A stretch of DNA of 64,000 nucleotides from Owenia fusiformis (taxonomy: Eukaryota). The position numbers were made by a program, and so were the translations under genes. The first letter of the stretch is position 1. Each line of letters opens with the position of its first letter. Positions 23,952 to 36,213 of this stretch are shown here, piece by piece. The DNA is taken from assembly GCA_903813345.2 (NCBI GenBank), contig CAIIXF020000001.1, forward strand, positions 42,780,001 to 42,844,000. Reading direction: 5' to 3'. Under the pieces are notes generated by a model. That model saw only the letters and a list, made by a program, of their open reading frames with translations. It was not told the origin of the DNA and searched no databases.

Positions 23952-26900
23952 TTATGCATATATTCGGGTTCTTATATCCCTTGTCCTGAGATCCCTAGTC
24001 CTCATATCATCTTGTGTTTCATTTCCTGAAAACAAAAAACAGCAATAAATTAATAATAAATACAGAATCAGATATATGAAAGATGACAAAATTGTATCCA
24101 ATATGATCACAATTAACCTTTATATGTGATTTTTACCATCTCAAGAATATTTTCTCCCAAAAGACAAATTAAGTTATCATACTAGTCACAAAGATACAAA
24201 TGCAAACATGTATACACTCTGCAAAATGATAACTATTGATGTATTTACCATTAACCAAACTCTAAGAATCCATCCAGTGTATTTAAAGATGGCGTATAAG
24301 AGATACTCCTCATAACTCTTGAAATTAGTAGTGTAGTGAATGGTAGCTCCATCTTTTAACAAAAGCAGTTACAATCTTGACATTTGATAATCAAAAGTAA
24401 ACTTCAATTGTTGTCTTATAAAACAAATCGCAGTTTTAATCATCATTTTTTGTACACCTTAACATTAGAAAGTATTTTAAGGACTTCATGGATTTTATCT
24501 AAATATTCTTAGAGAAAGGGGTGGGTAGTTTAGACTGTTCACCACCCAATGCATTGCCAATAGTATTCCATTTTTGAATTTCAGTTGCATCTGCGTCTTT
24601 GGTTTTCATGACATAATGTCAACCTTTGGGTATGGCAATATCTATACAACTACACCCCCCCATGCATTGCCAATATTATTCCATTTTTGAATCTCAGTTG
24701 CATCTGCGTCTTTCGTTTTCATGACATAATGTCAACCTTTGGGTATGGCAATATCTATACAACTACACCCCCCCCCCATGCATTGCCAATATTATTCCGG
24801 CCATTTTTGAATCTCAGTTGCATCTGCGTCTTTCGTTTTCATGACATAATGTCAACCTTTGGGTATGGCAATATCTATACAACTACATCCCCCCCATGCA
24901 TTGCCAATATTATTCCGGCCATTTTTGAATTTCAGTTGCATCTGCGTCTTTGGTTTTCATGACATAATGTCAACCTTTGGGTATGGCAATATCTATACAA
25001 CTACACCCCCCCCCCCCCCCATGCATTGCCAATATTATTCCATTTTTGAATTTTGTTGCATCTGCGTCTTTGGTTTTCGTGACATAATGTCAACCTTTGG
25101 GTATGGTAATAACTATAAAACTACACCCCCCCCCCCATGCATTGCCAATATTATTCCATTTTTGAATTTTGTTGCATCTGCGTCTTTGGTTTTCATGACA
25201 TAATGTCAACCTTTGGGTATGGCAATATCTATACAACTACACCCCCCCCCCATGCTTTGCCACTATTATTCCATTTTTGAATTATGTTGCATCTGCGATT
25301 TTGGTTGTCGTGACATAATGTCAACCTTTGGGTATGGCAATAACTATACAACTACACCCCCCCCCCCAATGCATTGCCAGTAGTATTCCATTTTTAAATT
25401 TTGTTGCAACTGCGCCTTTGGTTTTCGTGACATAATGTCAACCTACACCCCCCCCCCCCCCAAAAAAAAAGAAAAGGAAAATGCACCGACCTGTAAGCTC
25501 ACATAATGAGCCACCAAATCCTTCGGGACAAAGACAAGACAAAATACCAGTAGAGTCATCGCATGTACCTCCATTTGCGCATAGAAAAAATGGGTTTGAA
25601 TCACACTCTGAAAATATGAAAATGGTTGAGCGACGTTACACGCAAGATTTATACAAATATGGACACAATCGACATTCCATTACAGATATCTAAACTAGAG
25701 TCCAGCATAAAACTTCAATTTGTATGCCACGATTGCACCTCCCTGACTGAAAACGGCTTTAAGCGATCGCACCCCCCCCCCCTCACTGAAAGCTGCCTAC
25801 GCCCCTGCATAATATATGAGATTTCGGTAGATAAGTAGATAAGTAAGCTACATACTGTTTAGGTTGATATAACATGAGTCACCCATCCATCCGTCGTCAC
25901 AATCGCACGTATAGTAATGGGGCTCTGTGCCACTGGCCTGGTGGAACACGCAATCTCCGTTATAACAGGCTGTCCCACACGTAAACGCTATAATACATGA
26001 GAAATAAAAAATGGTTTAACAATTAATTGTTATCATTTATTATAATCCGTCTCAAAGCCTCAAGATATCTCTTAACACTGAAGGCGCTGCGATTTCAACT
26101 TGATTTTATTGAAGATTGAGTTGGCATAGATTGTACTCATCAGTTCTCGTGATCCGTAATGAAATTCATCAATCAAGAAGACAATGCAGTGCCATCCTTT
26201 TACTTGTACACTACTAGTAAACTCTTTTCTTTCCTCTTTAATTTGCATGTCAAAAAGAGAATTGTACAGTTTACATTTTACGAATAACATTTCTTTCTGA
26301 CAAAAGTAGACCAAAAGAAAGATACGAATTTAGTTAGTGATGTGATCCATTTCTTTAAGCCTAAAAGAATCACCTGACGTGGATTGAAAATAAAGATTAT
26401 ACAGTATACTTAGTCTACCTCCTTTTTGGTCGCAAAGTGGACCTCCCCATCCTTCTTCACAGACACATCGAGGTTCTCCTTCGATGGCCGTACAGTAAGA
26501 CCCACGTTTGCAACTTTTTTCGTATCCCTCACACTGGTTACCTAAAGATGGAACATGTTAATAAGTCTTGGGTTGCGGGACCTTCCATTTTCTCACCAAG
26601 TCAAATTACATAAAATACACCAATTAAAGGAGTGACGTTCACAATAATGGAATATCATATTAATTGTGTGTAAAACCTACTTTGAGAGCTTGGCGCACAC
26701 CATGGTCGCCCCTCGAATGCCGGGCTCCATTCCCCATCAATGCAACTCATCGTCGAAACCGGAAATGCCACCTGAGACGGATCATTGCATGTAAAGGTCG
26801 CAACTGAAGCGCAGCTATCAGCACTCTTAGTTAGTGTTACACTACCGACGCCCTGAGGGAGTTTCTTGGGTCTGTTACATTGACATTTGTTACTTGGAGC

Positions 26901-28064
26901 ACAATTTGAAAGGGCCACTGAAAGACAGACGGACGGAATGAATACTAATTTATCCAATTGACAAAAGATAATATTCTAGACATGTCGAGAAACACGTTAT
27001 ATCTTTCTGCTTACTTCTGTTCATCAAGTTAACTTGGCTTTTTGTGGGTTGCTCTTTAAATCAGTTTGTCGTTGAATTGTTAAACTCGTCTTGCGCATGG
27101 TAAGCGAAGTTATAAATATTTTTAAAAATCGGATATACCATGTGATAAATATAGGTTATTTACTGGGAGGGATTGAATATGGGGTTTATTCCGAGGGACA
27201 ATATGATATTGACCGAAGGGTAATATGATATTGACCGAGGGAGCGTAGCGGCCATGTGTCAATATCATATTGCCCAAGGTCAATATCATATTTTCCGAGG
27301 AATAAAACCCATATTCAATCCCGATCAGAAATAACCTATTTATTCCATAATACATCCCTCTAAATGTTACATTTGGATAATGCAAACATTATATTATATT
27401 AATAAATGCACATTGTTTGAAAAAGAAAAAAAAGAAAAAAACAACCGGGAAAGCCAAAATAGGTTAATACTGTACGATTCAATGCGATTTTTTCCAGGGG
27501 ACAATAAAATTTTTTCATGTAATAAGATTCGATACGATTTTTATTCATTCATATTTCCCTGGGAAAACCGTAGTATTAGTATTATAAAGTCAAACATCAA
27601 ATGATTTTTTTGATAAACGATCATATTTATTAGCGAACTAAGAATCATGTGACGTTGATTACAAATGAGTGTACTTTTGTTTCCAAATGTCGCCTTGAAT
27701 GTTTTCTGATTGGACTATGATGTGCTATATTTTATCTCTATTATGTTCCCCGATTTCTTTTACCCCGAAGTCCAGCCGAGGCTTGTCGCAATCAAAAGAA
27801 TAAATTCTCGGCCAAAGATGATTGAGACATGTCTTATTTTCCTAATTATTAAAAGAATGAATTAATATGCGCAAATGCTTCTAGAACGTTAACGGAGAGC
27901 AGTAACTATATTTTACCGCCCCTACTCCTACTTATATCTATTCACTCAGGCAAGTTTCCGCGTATCCATTTGGAGAGGCAGCCCACATCAGGAACAGCGT
28001 TACGTAACCTTAAATTCTTACCTGATATCACCAGTAAAACGACGATGTTGAATATGGGAGACAT
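23952..28064 (-). CDS. Uncharacterised secreted protein (241 aa): signal peptide + Sushi/CCP-like domain + 3 EGF-like domains + Arg-rich tail; exons 28064-28022, 26917-26681, 26541-26419, 25987-25856, 25607-25491, 24025-23952
   Basis: MSPIFNIVVLLVISVALSNC (signal peptide); CNRP...ATFTC...MSCIDGEWS...PWC (Sushi); CEGYEKSCKRGSYC...CVCEEGWGGPLC, CGTACYNGDC...CDCDDGWMGDSC and CDSNPFFLCANGGTC...CLCPEGFGGSLC (EGF). All five introns are phase 1 GT-AG and the frame is preserved. The last exon is the least certain. Confidence 0.8.
24545..25461. repeat. ~120-bp minisatellite (~7.5 copies) with variable poly-C tract, in the last intron of the Sushi-EGF gene
   Basis: CATGCATTGCCAATATTATTCC...GGGTATGGCAATATCTATACAACTACA(C)n repeated. 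Confidence 0.95.
27153..27336. repeat. Long imperfect palindrome from a dispersed hairpin-element family (related copy ~43764-43903)
   Basis: GGTTATTT...GATTGAATATGGGGTTTATTCC...AATATGATATTGACC pairs with GTCAATATCATATT...GGAATAAAACCCATATTCAATC...AAATAACC. Confidence 0.75.
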
Positions 28065-28674
28065 CTTCACGTTTCCAGGCGTTTTCCAGCAAAAATGTAG
28101 TATCAATGTTTCAAGTAACGATCTTTTTATACCAAGCATTTATAATTCTTTGGAAATGTCAACTAGTTCACGTAAATTTTGAAATAATGCCCTATGGATT
28201 ATTCTCAGATTATAGACTTATCGTTGAATTGGTGTTGAAAATGCAGTTGATGTTTGAAAAAATGCCTGATTTAATCAGTTGTTATTTGATAAAAGAGGGG
28301 CTTATTATTGTTCTTGGTGAGGTTATGTTTAAGATCTTAGGACTTTTGTATGATCTTAATAGTTAGAGGTCGAGTTATCGAGAAATATCCATGGCAATCT
28401 TCCAATCTTGCAATCCTCTAATTTTGACCATTTACTTGATTATTTGCGTTTGTCCTTACATTTCAGAGATTAAAAGGCCATAGATACTGAGTTAGTTTGA
28501 GAACTAGGCTGTCTCGCATTGTTTTTTTGTACTGTGACTAAATATTCTAAAATGTAGGCTTTCACCGTCAGATATTCATTTTAACAAAAAGCAAATATAA
28601 TAGTAGGTGTCATTTACTATGTATTATTTATTATAAAATTTAATATTTATGGATAAGTTTCGCTGTAACCCACT

Positions 28675-28980
28675 CACTGTGGTGGAACTCTTAAAACTTG
28701 TTACAATAACGGATCCGTTTCAGTAACAAAATGGCGCAGCTTTGGAGGAACGATTTTTCTTTTTTCCATGGAACCCGGAACACTTTGGTTGTTAAAACAT
28801 TTGGGCAAGAGTCAGAACATTGGGTAGCCCAGAACATTTGGGCTTTCACACATCAAAAGCCAAAAGGGTCGCCTCGTGAAGTCGTGGAAAATTGAGAAAA
28901 ATCGGTCCACCGAGACTGCGCTATTTTGTTGCCGAAACGGGTCTACATTCGTAACCATCTTGAAGGGTTGCTCCACAGTG
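28675..28980. mobile_element. Transib-like non-autonomous element: CAC termini, 5-bp TSD, ~85-bp imperfect TIRs
   Basis: CCACT|CACTGTGG ... CCACAGTG|CCACT; the inverted similarity continues inward (CCGTTTCAGTAACAAAATGGCGCAG vs CTGCGCTATTTTGTTGCCGAAACGG). Confidence 0.72.
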
Positions 28981-30219
28981 CCACTACTCGAAACACACTT
29001 CTGACTTGACGTACGTATTAGGGTGTAACTACTTTAAAATGATGTAAATGGTACGTAATTGTAATTGGGGTTCACCTACACAAAATACATTTAAGTAGGC
29101 TATAAGCATATTAATTGCACATAATTACTATTTTATGAAAACAAGTTTGACGAGTTCCAATGCTGTACGTCAACAAATAATGACGTTGACCACATTAATT
29201 CTATTTCTCACTACAAATTCATGCACAAATTGGTTGACATCTGCGTGTATTGATTTTGCAATATTATTACTTCATCCCTCGGTGTCTCCCATGCATAATG
29301 TCACATTGCTCTGATACCCTTTCCTTGCTCAAAAACCAATATGTATCCTCATTCCCATTCTAATTTCTAGCCAAACCTTGAATCCCAATATTATGCCGTC
29401 TGAGGCAGTAGACGATTCAGACGTTATCGGGTTCTACAAGTTCCATTAATTTGCATCCCATCCAGTGACATCGAAAGTGCCATGGGAAGATGGGGACTGG
29501 CAATATGTACATCAATCGTTCCACTTTTCTCTGGTTGTGAACCCATGACATTGGGGGATCTGGGCGATGGGCGCATATGGGCCTGCCCCCTCCCCTATTA
29601 AAGATCGGGCCAGAAAAAATGTTGGCCCGAAAAATGTTGGCCCCAAAATCTTTTAAGTCCTCAATAAGTGGACCTCTTGGGGCATTACTGGGCCTTTTTT
29701 GGGCCATATTTTTTAATTTAAGTGCAGACGGTTTTGAATCTCAATTGATTGTCAACTTGGTCTTGGACTTGGAGTAACTATTTTAGCTAGATAATGTCAC
29801 AGTCTCCAATTCTTCCATTTTGAAATCTTGATCTGATTTCAGTGATTTGTCTTGATCTGGTCCGATTTTCCCCCAAAAATATTTTTGGACAAAATGTGAA
29901 TTTTATCAATATTTAGATCTGATAAAACAACTCAATAATTGGTTGTCAGAATTACTGGCCATGAGTCCGAACACTTGGGTCTGTGAGTAGCCCAGGATGA
30001 AGGTCATAGTAGGACATTTGCGTTTATGTGCATAGTGTACATAGTGTATCTATTGTACATGTACATGTATATACCAAAGCCTTTATACAGAAACCAAACG
30101 AATTTTGGCATTATTTTTCAAAATTTGGCCTAATTGTGCACCTTTCCCTCTGTTTTTTAGAATCGTCCTTTGTGTTTTGTTAAACATAACCTTCTGGCGG
30201 TTCCAGGAGGGGGGGCATG

Positions 30220-31075
30220 GGGCCTAGGATAGGCCCGGAAAAAATGTTGGCCCAAAAATATTGAAGGGCCTCTTTAGTGGGCCTTTTTGGGCATTACTTG
30301 ACCTTTTTGAGCCATATTTTTTACAATTTCAGGCCAAATTTTCAAAAACGGACTATACATTTTCAAAATTTTGGCCCGAATTTTGGTTTTAGGGCCCTAA
30401 AAATTTTTTCGAGCGGCCCTAGGATGGGCCCAGAAAAAAAATGTTGGGCCAAAAATATTGTATGCCCTCTTTAGTTGGCCTTTTACTTGACCTTTTTACT
30501 TTTCAAAAATTTTGAAAAAACGGGCCATAAATCTTCAAAATTTAGGCCAAAACTTTGGTTCTAGGGCCCTAAAAGGTTTTCCACGCGGCCACAGGATGGG
30601 CCCAGAAAAAAATGTTGGCCAAAAAATATTGTAGGGCCTCTTTAGTGGGCCACTTTGGGCATTAATTGACCTTTTTGGGCTTTATTTTTTTCAATTTAAG
30701 GCCAAATTTTCTAAAAACGGGCCATAAATTTTTAGAATTTTCGCCCTAATTTTGGTTTTAGGGCCCTAAAAATTTTACGCGCGGCCCTAGGATGGGCCTA
30801 GTAAAAAATGGTGGGCCAAAAATATTGTATGGCCTCTTTAGTTGGCCTTTACTTGACGTTTTTACTTGACCTTTTTAGGCCTTATTTTTTCAATTTTAGG
30901 CCAAATTTTCGAAAAACAGGCCATAAATTGGTTCTAGAGAGCCCTAGAAGGTCTTCCGGGCCCAGAAAAAATGTTGGCCCAAAAATATTGTAGGGCCTCT
31001 TAAGTGGGCCTTTTTGGGCATTACTTGGACCTTTTTGGGCTTTATTTATTCAATGTTAGGCCAAATTTTCATAAA
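30220..31075. repeat. Degenerate ~170-195-bp tandem repeat rich in GGGCC/GGCCC (~5 units); a partial copy lies at ~29600-29720
   Basis: Recurring CTAGGATGGGCCCAGAAAAAAATGTTGGCCCAAAAATATTGTAGGGCCTCTTTAGTGGGCC. Confidence 0.85.
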
Positions 31076-34000
31076 AGTGACATAGGTTTTTCCGCGGGTA
31101 TTTTTTCCTGACTCGAAGTGTGCTCTTTTTGGTCAACTGGCAAAAGTGTATACCTCAACTGTAAACCTTGAAAGTATTGTTGACCTCGACCTCCAGTACT
31201 TTGAAGGTTTACAGTATCGGTATACATTTTTGCAAGTTGACCTCAAGAGAGGTCTACAATTGTATACCTTTGAACGCTACTTAGTCCTGTTGACCTCCAC
31301 TTTTGAAAAAATAGTAATTTCAAGATTTACAGTATCGGTATACAATTTTTCCATTTGCCCTCAAGAGAGGTTTACGATTGTATAATGTATCTTTAACTGA
31401 GACAGAATTTTCACTACCCTGCGCGTAGAGTTAATGAAGACAAGCCTCACTTTCAGGAAGCGAAGTCTAACGAATACAAAGGGTAACTTTTCATACACCG
31501 AGACTGTACTAATGCAGCTTGATTTCTGAAATTGAAAGCAACATAACAGAGAAATAGTAAATACCTCCAGGGGCCTTTCTTAGAACTAGAGGCACGGGTG
31601 AATCATAGAATATGAACACAGGGTCCAATCCACATTCCACGATGTACATGAAGATGAGTAGGAGGCAAATCTATTTTTTATAAATTCTTTCCAAGAAATG
31701 CCAGAATGGGTATTTGTTCTTCACAGATGTTTAAAGTACTGTCGTTTTATTTACTCAATTTGAGCACCTTTTATGTTTTGTAAATCATATCACTCCTTCG
31801 GCGATATCGTACATCGGACAAACTCGTGGATTCAATTTCGTTGCAATCATTCAGGTAATGACAACATCCTTCTTCAAAGAACTTCATTTAGGCTTAAATT
31901 TAGAAAGAAAAGAAGTGAAATACCATTAGACCAAGGATGGCTTTTGCAAATAAATGTAAAGATGTCCCTTTATTTACAGTTTATGTCAGAAAAAGAAGTC
32001 AAGAAAATCTACTTTATACGTTTCCTCTAAAAATAAGATAATAACGTTTTCAAGCCCTATTCAAATATAAATTTCTTGTGGCCTTTTGTTTATCAGTAAA
32101 AACAACACCCCCGCAATGCAATTAAATCTTGGCACAACCTGGGCCGCATATTTGTGGTTTTTAGATAAAAAGGCTTTGGAGTAATTTACTGCTGCGTGAT
32201 TTATATTTCAGCGTGACACTGGAGTTAATGTTCCATTTCCTGAATTCACGGAATTTCACATTTACGAATGCTTTAAATGGTAAATTTATTCCGCGTGTAA
32301 AAAGTCCACTTTACATTTGACAAAAGTGTATTTCTCTGTGTGATTTTAACTTGAAGAGAATAAATTCAAATTATATTGGTGAAAGGAACAAATGTCACTG
32401 CAAATGTATACCATGTCCTCAGTCCTGATTACTTTGGAGTTGGAAAGAAATGTTTCAGATAGAACAGGTAAAAGGCATGTCAGCCATCTCTCAATAAACC
32501 ATGACAAATAAAGCATAAATTAACTTTCACACGACGTACCGAATGGAGAGCCCCTTGCCTCAATTGTAAAATTCTACGACCCTCTCTTCATTCCGCTCAG
32601 TACTACATGCATACTAAAATAACAAAGTTGATAAGAAAAATGGTAGTTGAGCAAGACCAGGGGATTTCTTTTAATTGTAACGAACAAAAAATAATATAAT
32701 TCGTAAAGCTGTATACGACTGAATATTCGATGAGTTATATGCCGTGCCTTGATAATTGCCCGCAAATTATTTGAAGTGAAATTATTTCATTATTTGTTTG
32801 ATATGTCATTGGCGCAATTATCACTCAAATTGTGCCTCATTATCTATGCGTGGTTTAATTTTGGGATGATTACCCTCAACTACGTCTTACTTTCAAAGAG
32901 AAATATGTTAGAACACGTGCTTTCACTTTTTTTGTTTGTACACTTAGTCAACTAATGTGTAATCGCTTTGCGTTTTTGAGAAGTTTCTTTAACCTAATTT
33001 TGCCCATCTTCGTTCACTCGGCTCCCGTCGGTCGGTCTGCGATGAACGCAGTGAAGACCGAGCGTGCGAAGATGAATTTTGCCCAAAATCATGGTTATAT
33101 GCCCGTTGTATGATAATTCAGGTGACAATATTTACCAACATATAGTTGAATGAAGTGTTTGTATTATAATCACTTTAATGTTTCTATTATATTGTATGTT
33201 TAACACTCTCCTTATCACCAGAGTGTTTGTGTATAGAATCCCTCTGTAGAGAGAGAAATCGGTTGCCTAGTGATTATCCGTATGGTGACATACGACAAGA
33301 TAGCCAAACATGCGATGAAGAAGAGCGTTATCGCAGATTCAATCCTTTCTGCACACTTTTGGTGTAGTCATGGAAACATGATAGTTTGACACCTTATTTT
33401 GTCAAATGGCAAGAGTATCGTTTCAAACGTCTGTTGTAGACAAATAAATACTGAAATCCAATAAAAACTATGATTTTTTACACTGATAAAACTCCTACAA
33501 CTGACTACGAGACTTGGTTGGACCTCGACGGTTGCATCCTTTATTCCGAAAAGGCTTCATTTACCTTTCAATACAGGGATGCGACGGTTGTTCAAAGAAA
33601 TCGTCGAACAAACAACAAACAACAAGCAAACAAACCAACCGTATGTGTTTATAAATTGAATGGACGTGTAATCATCTTAAAAGAACTCAAAAAACAAAAC
33701 AAAAGCGTAATACTGTTTCAAAATGTTGAAGAACGTTACAGATAAATGTTAAATCACTGAAAATGAGCAATACATGACTTTTTTTCTCCTTCAGGAGAAA
33801 GTTGAGAGTTGTTTGTAACTCGGCATGTATAACTTAACCATTTCATAACCTTGCAAACAACTATAAACAAACAAGCGTATGATAAGTTGGTCTTAAGGCC
33901 AAGATGACCTTGACACGAATACCAGTATTTTGTTGTTTCATGGTAATCCCACAAACAAAGGCAGGCTAAGTGTTTTCGTCCTACGCATGTCACATTATCA

Positions 34001-34158
34001 GATATGAACAGATTATTTTACAAAATCACGAGAAACTTTCAACATATTGTGAAACTATGTGCAATCCTAGTCATTAGTATCAGATCATCACATCTCACTC
34101 CATCGTGATATCACAGCCTCCTATAAGTTTCCTTCTTTACAAGGCAGAGATGGTCTGA

Positions 34159-34200
34159 GTTATCCCGTGCCAGGATTATACAGTCCTGGCACGGGATAAC
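34159..34200. mobile_element. 42-bp hairpin mini-element with 6-bp TSD
   Basis: GTCTGA|GTTATCCCGTGCCAGGA-TTATACAG-TCCTGGCACGGGATAAC|GTCTGA; 17-bp perfect stem. Confidence 0.7.
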
Positions 34201-36213
34201 GTCTGAGTATCAGAATGATCTCCCTCCGTGTTTTATATGTGTAATACTATATTTATTGGATTACATTAATAGCTATCAACTAATACAAAATGCTTTCCAT
34301 ACACATTGTTTAATGTTATCACTGGTAAAAAAGGGGGGGGGTGCAGCATTGGTCTCTGAATCTATTCATTCCCGACCCTGTGTACTATTGTTTTTACTCA
34401 ATATTTTAATTTTTTGGCACATATGCTTATGATACATTGCCAGAGTTGACGGTCATGTCCTTAAATACTAAACGAAAACATTTGTAATTGATAACTGGTT
34501 GGCCTTACCAGATTTGAGCTTGGTATCAAAACTAAAGAACTTAGTATTTGAGATATAAGAATTCTTCAACAGACTATTAACATACAGTATTCACAGATAT
34601 TCTAAATCTGGCTCACTAGACCGGAGTTATGGACTTCTTTTTGTTAGGTTTTTAAAAGGTATACAAAATGAAATTCTGTATCCGAAATGACAAACACTCG
34701 TTCACTTTAGTCTTGCCCCCCCCCCCCCCTATCTACTTTACATCAGTGAGTGAGGCCCTTCCATCCCAGACTACATCATTTTTATTCACACTTGGGGTTA
34801 GTCTTACAATTGTCTATTATTTAGTGATATATGCCATTCCTACCGGATAATACCACCTGTTTAACTTTACCTGTGGTTTTAGAGGCGGATGATGAGAATA
34901 TTAGGCCATACTGAATATTGTTTACTTCGTGAATCTGGTTAACCATTGTGTACTACATATCAGCTGATCGGTTTACAAACATATGGGCAACATAAAAACA
35001 AGCCATGAAATTCCAATGGCCATTAGACTAAATCATTTACGATTTAAAAAATAGAGAAATTATTATGTACTTGGGAAATGTACACGAGTTTTATGCATCT
35101 AACACGAATGTTGTCAATGTATTTCATTTTCAGAACAAAGGGAATGGGACTCAATGATATGCCTAGGTATGGATTTAAACAGACTGGGAATTGTAAGTTG
35201 TTTGATGGGGTAAGATGTTCTAAATTGTAAATCCTTTTGTTACTAGGAATTTTATTTTAAGTTTAACTGACTTTTACTGTGAAATACTTTTTGTGACAAG
35301 TACTGCTTATAAAAAAACATTAAATAAAATTCAATAAAAAATTTATATCAAAAAGTTATCACTACAAGCTGTAAAAGGTCGATTCCAAGTGTTCTTTTCA
35401 AAGGATAAAATGTTTCTTGGACGGGGAAGTAAAATTTGGACCATATGTTGTTTACCATGATCATATGATTACAGGGCATTATAATGCCAAGAACTTAGGG
35501 CTGTTGTGGTTAATACCAGGATGAGTCATCGCTATTAATTACTCCCTCAGACAGAAACTGCAACTAAACATCACATTTTGTTTTCATTTTGGCAACCTTT
35601 CAAAACACATGACTTCTAAAAAAACACGACTCTTGAGGGCTTGTTTAATATTTAATTTTTATTATTTTTTAAGTATTTTTGTATTTTGCAATACTTTTCT
35701 GGAAATGTAAATAAATATAACATAAATTTTGATTTTCAAGCATTTTTCTGTTCATGAAATTTTATGAGTACAAAACTTGGCCAAGTATGAAAATTCACTT
35801 TTCTGTAAAAAATGAGCATTGAATATGAAAATTATCTAACAATTACTTGTTAAATGAACTACTATTGTCTTGGTACAGTTAAAGCATGCTTTTCACAGTA
35901 CAATACTTAACACCATGATATATAATTGTAGAATAGAAAACAATACACAATTATTTACAGACTCTCAGCCGATCCACAGCTGAGTTTATGTACAAATATA
36001 ATACACACTAGAACTACACTGATAATCAGGCACTCATGCAAATTTTGATATAACTTTGCATTAACAGTTATAAAACAATTGAAAGGAGTCTACAAATATT
36101 TTAGAATTGTTATTGCCTGTAATTTCAACACCTATTATTTAATTGCATTAGTGTCTATCTTTGGATGATTCTTGATAGTCATTCATTGGCATTATGTTTG
36201 TGCATCACGATGA

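Noticed and set aside
24687..25203. Repetitive ORFs with poly-Pro
   Set aside because: Translation of the 120-bp minisatellite; the frame shifts with poly-C length.
28675..28980. A true 12/23 recombination signal pair
   Set aside because: Only one end has a nonamer-like sequence, at a 21-bp spacing, and the TIRs are symmetric. No RAG ORF is present in the window.
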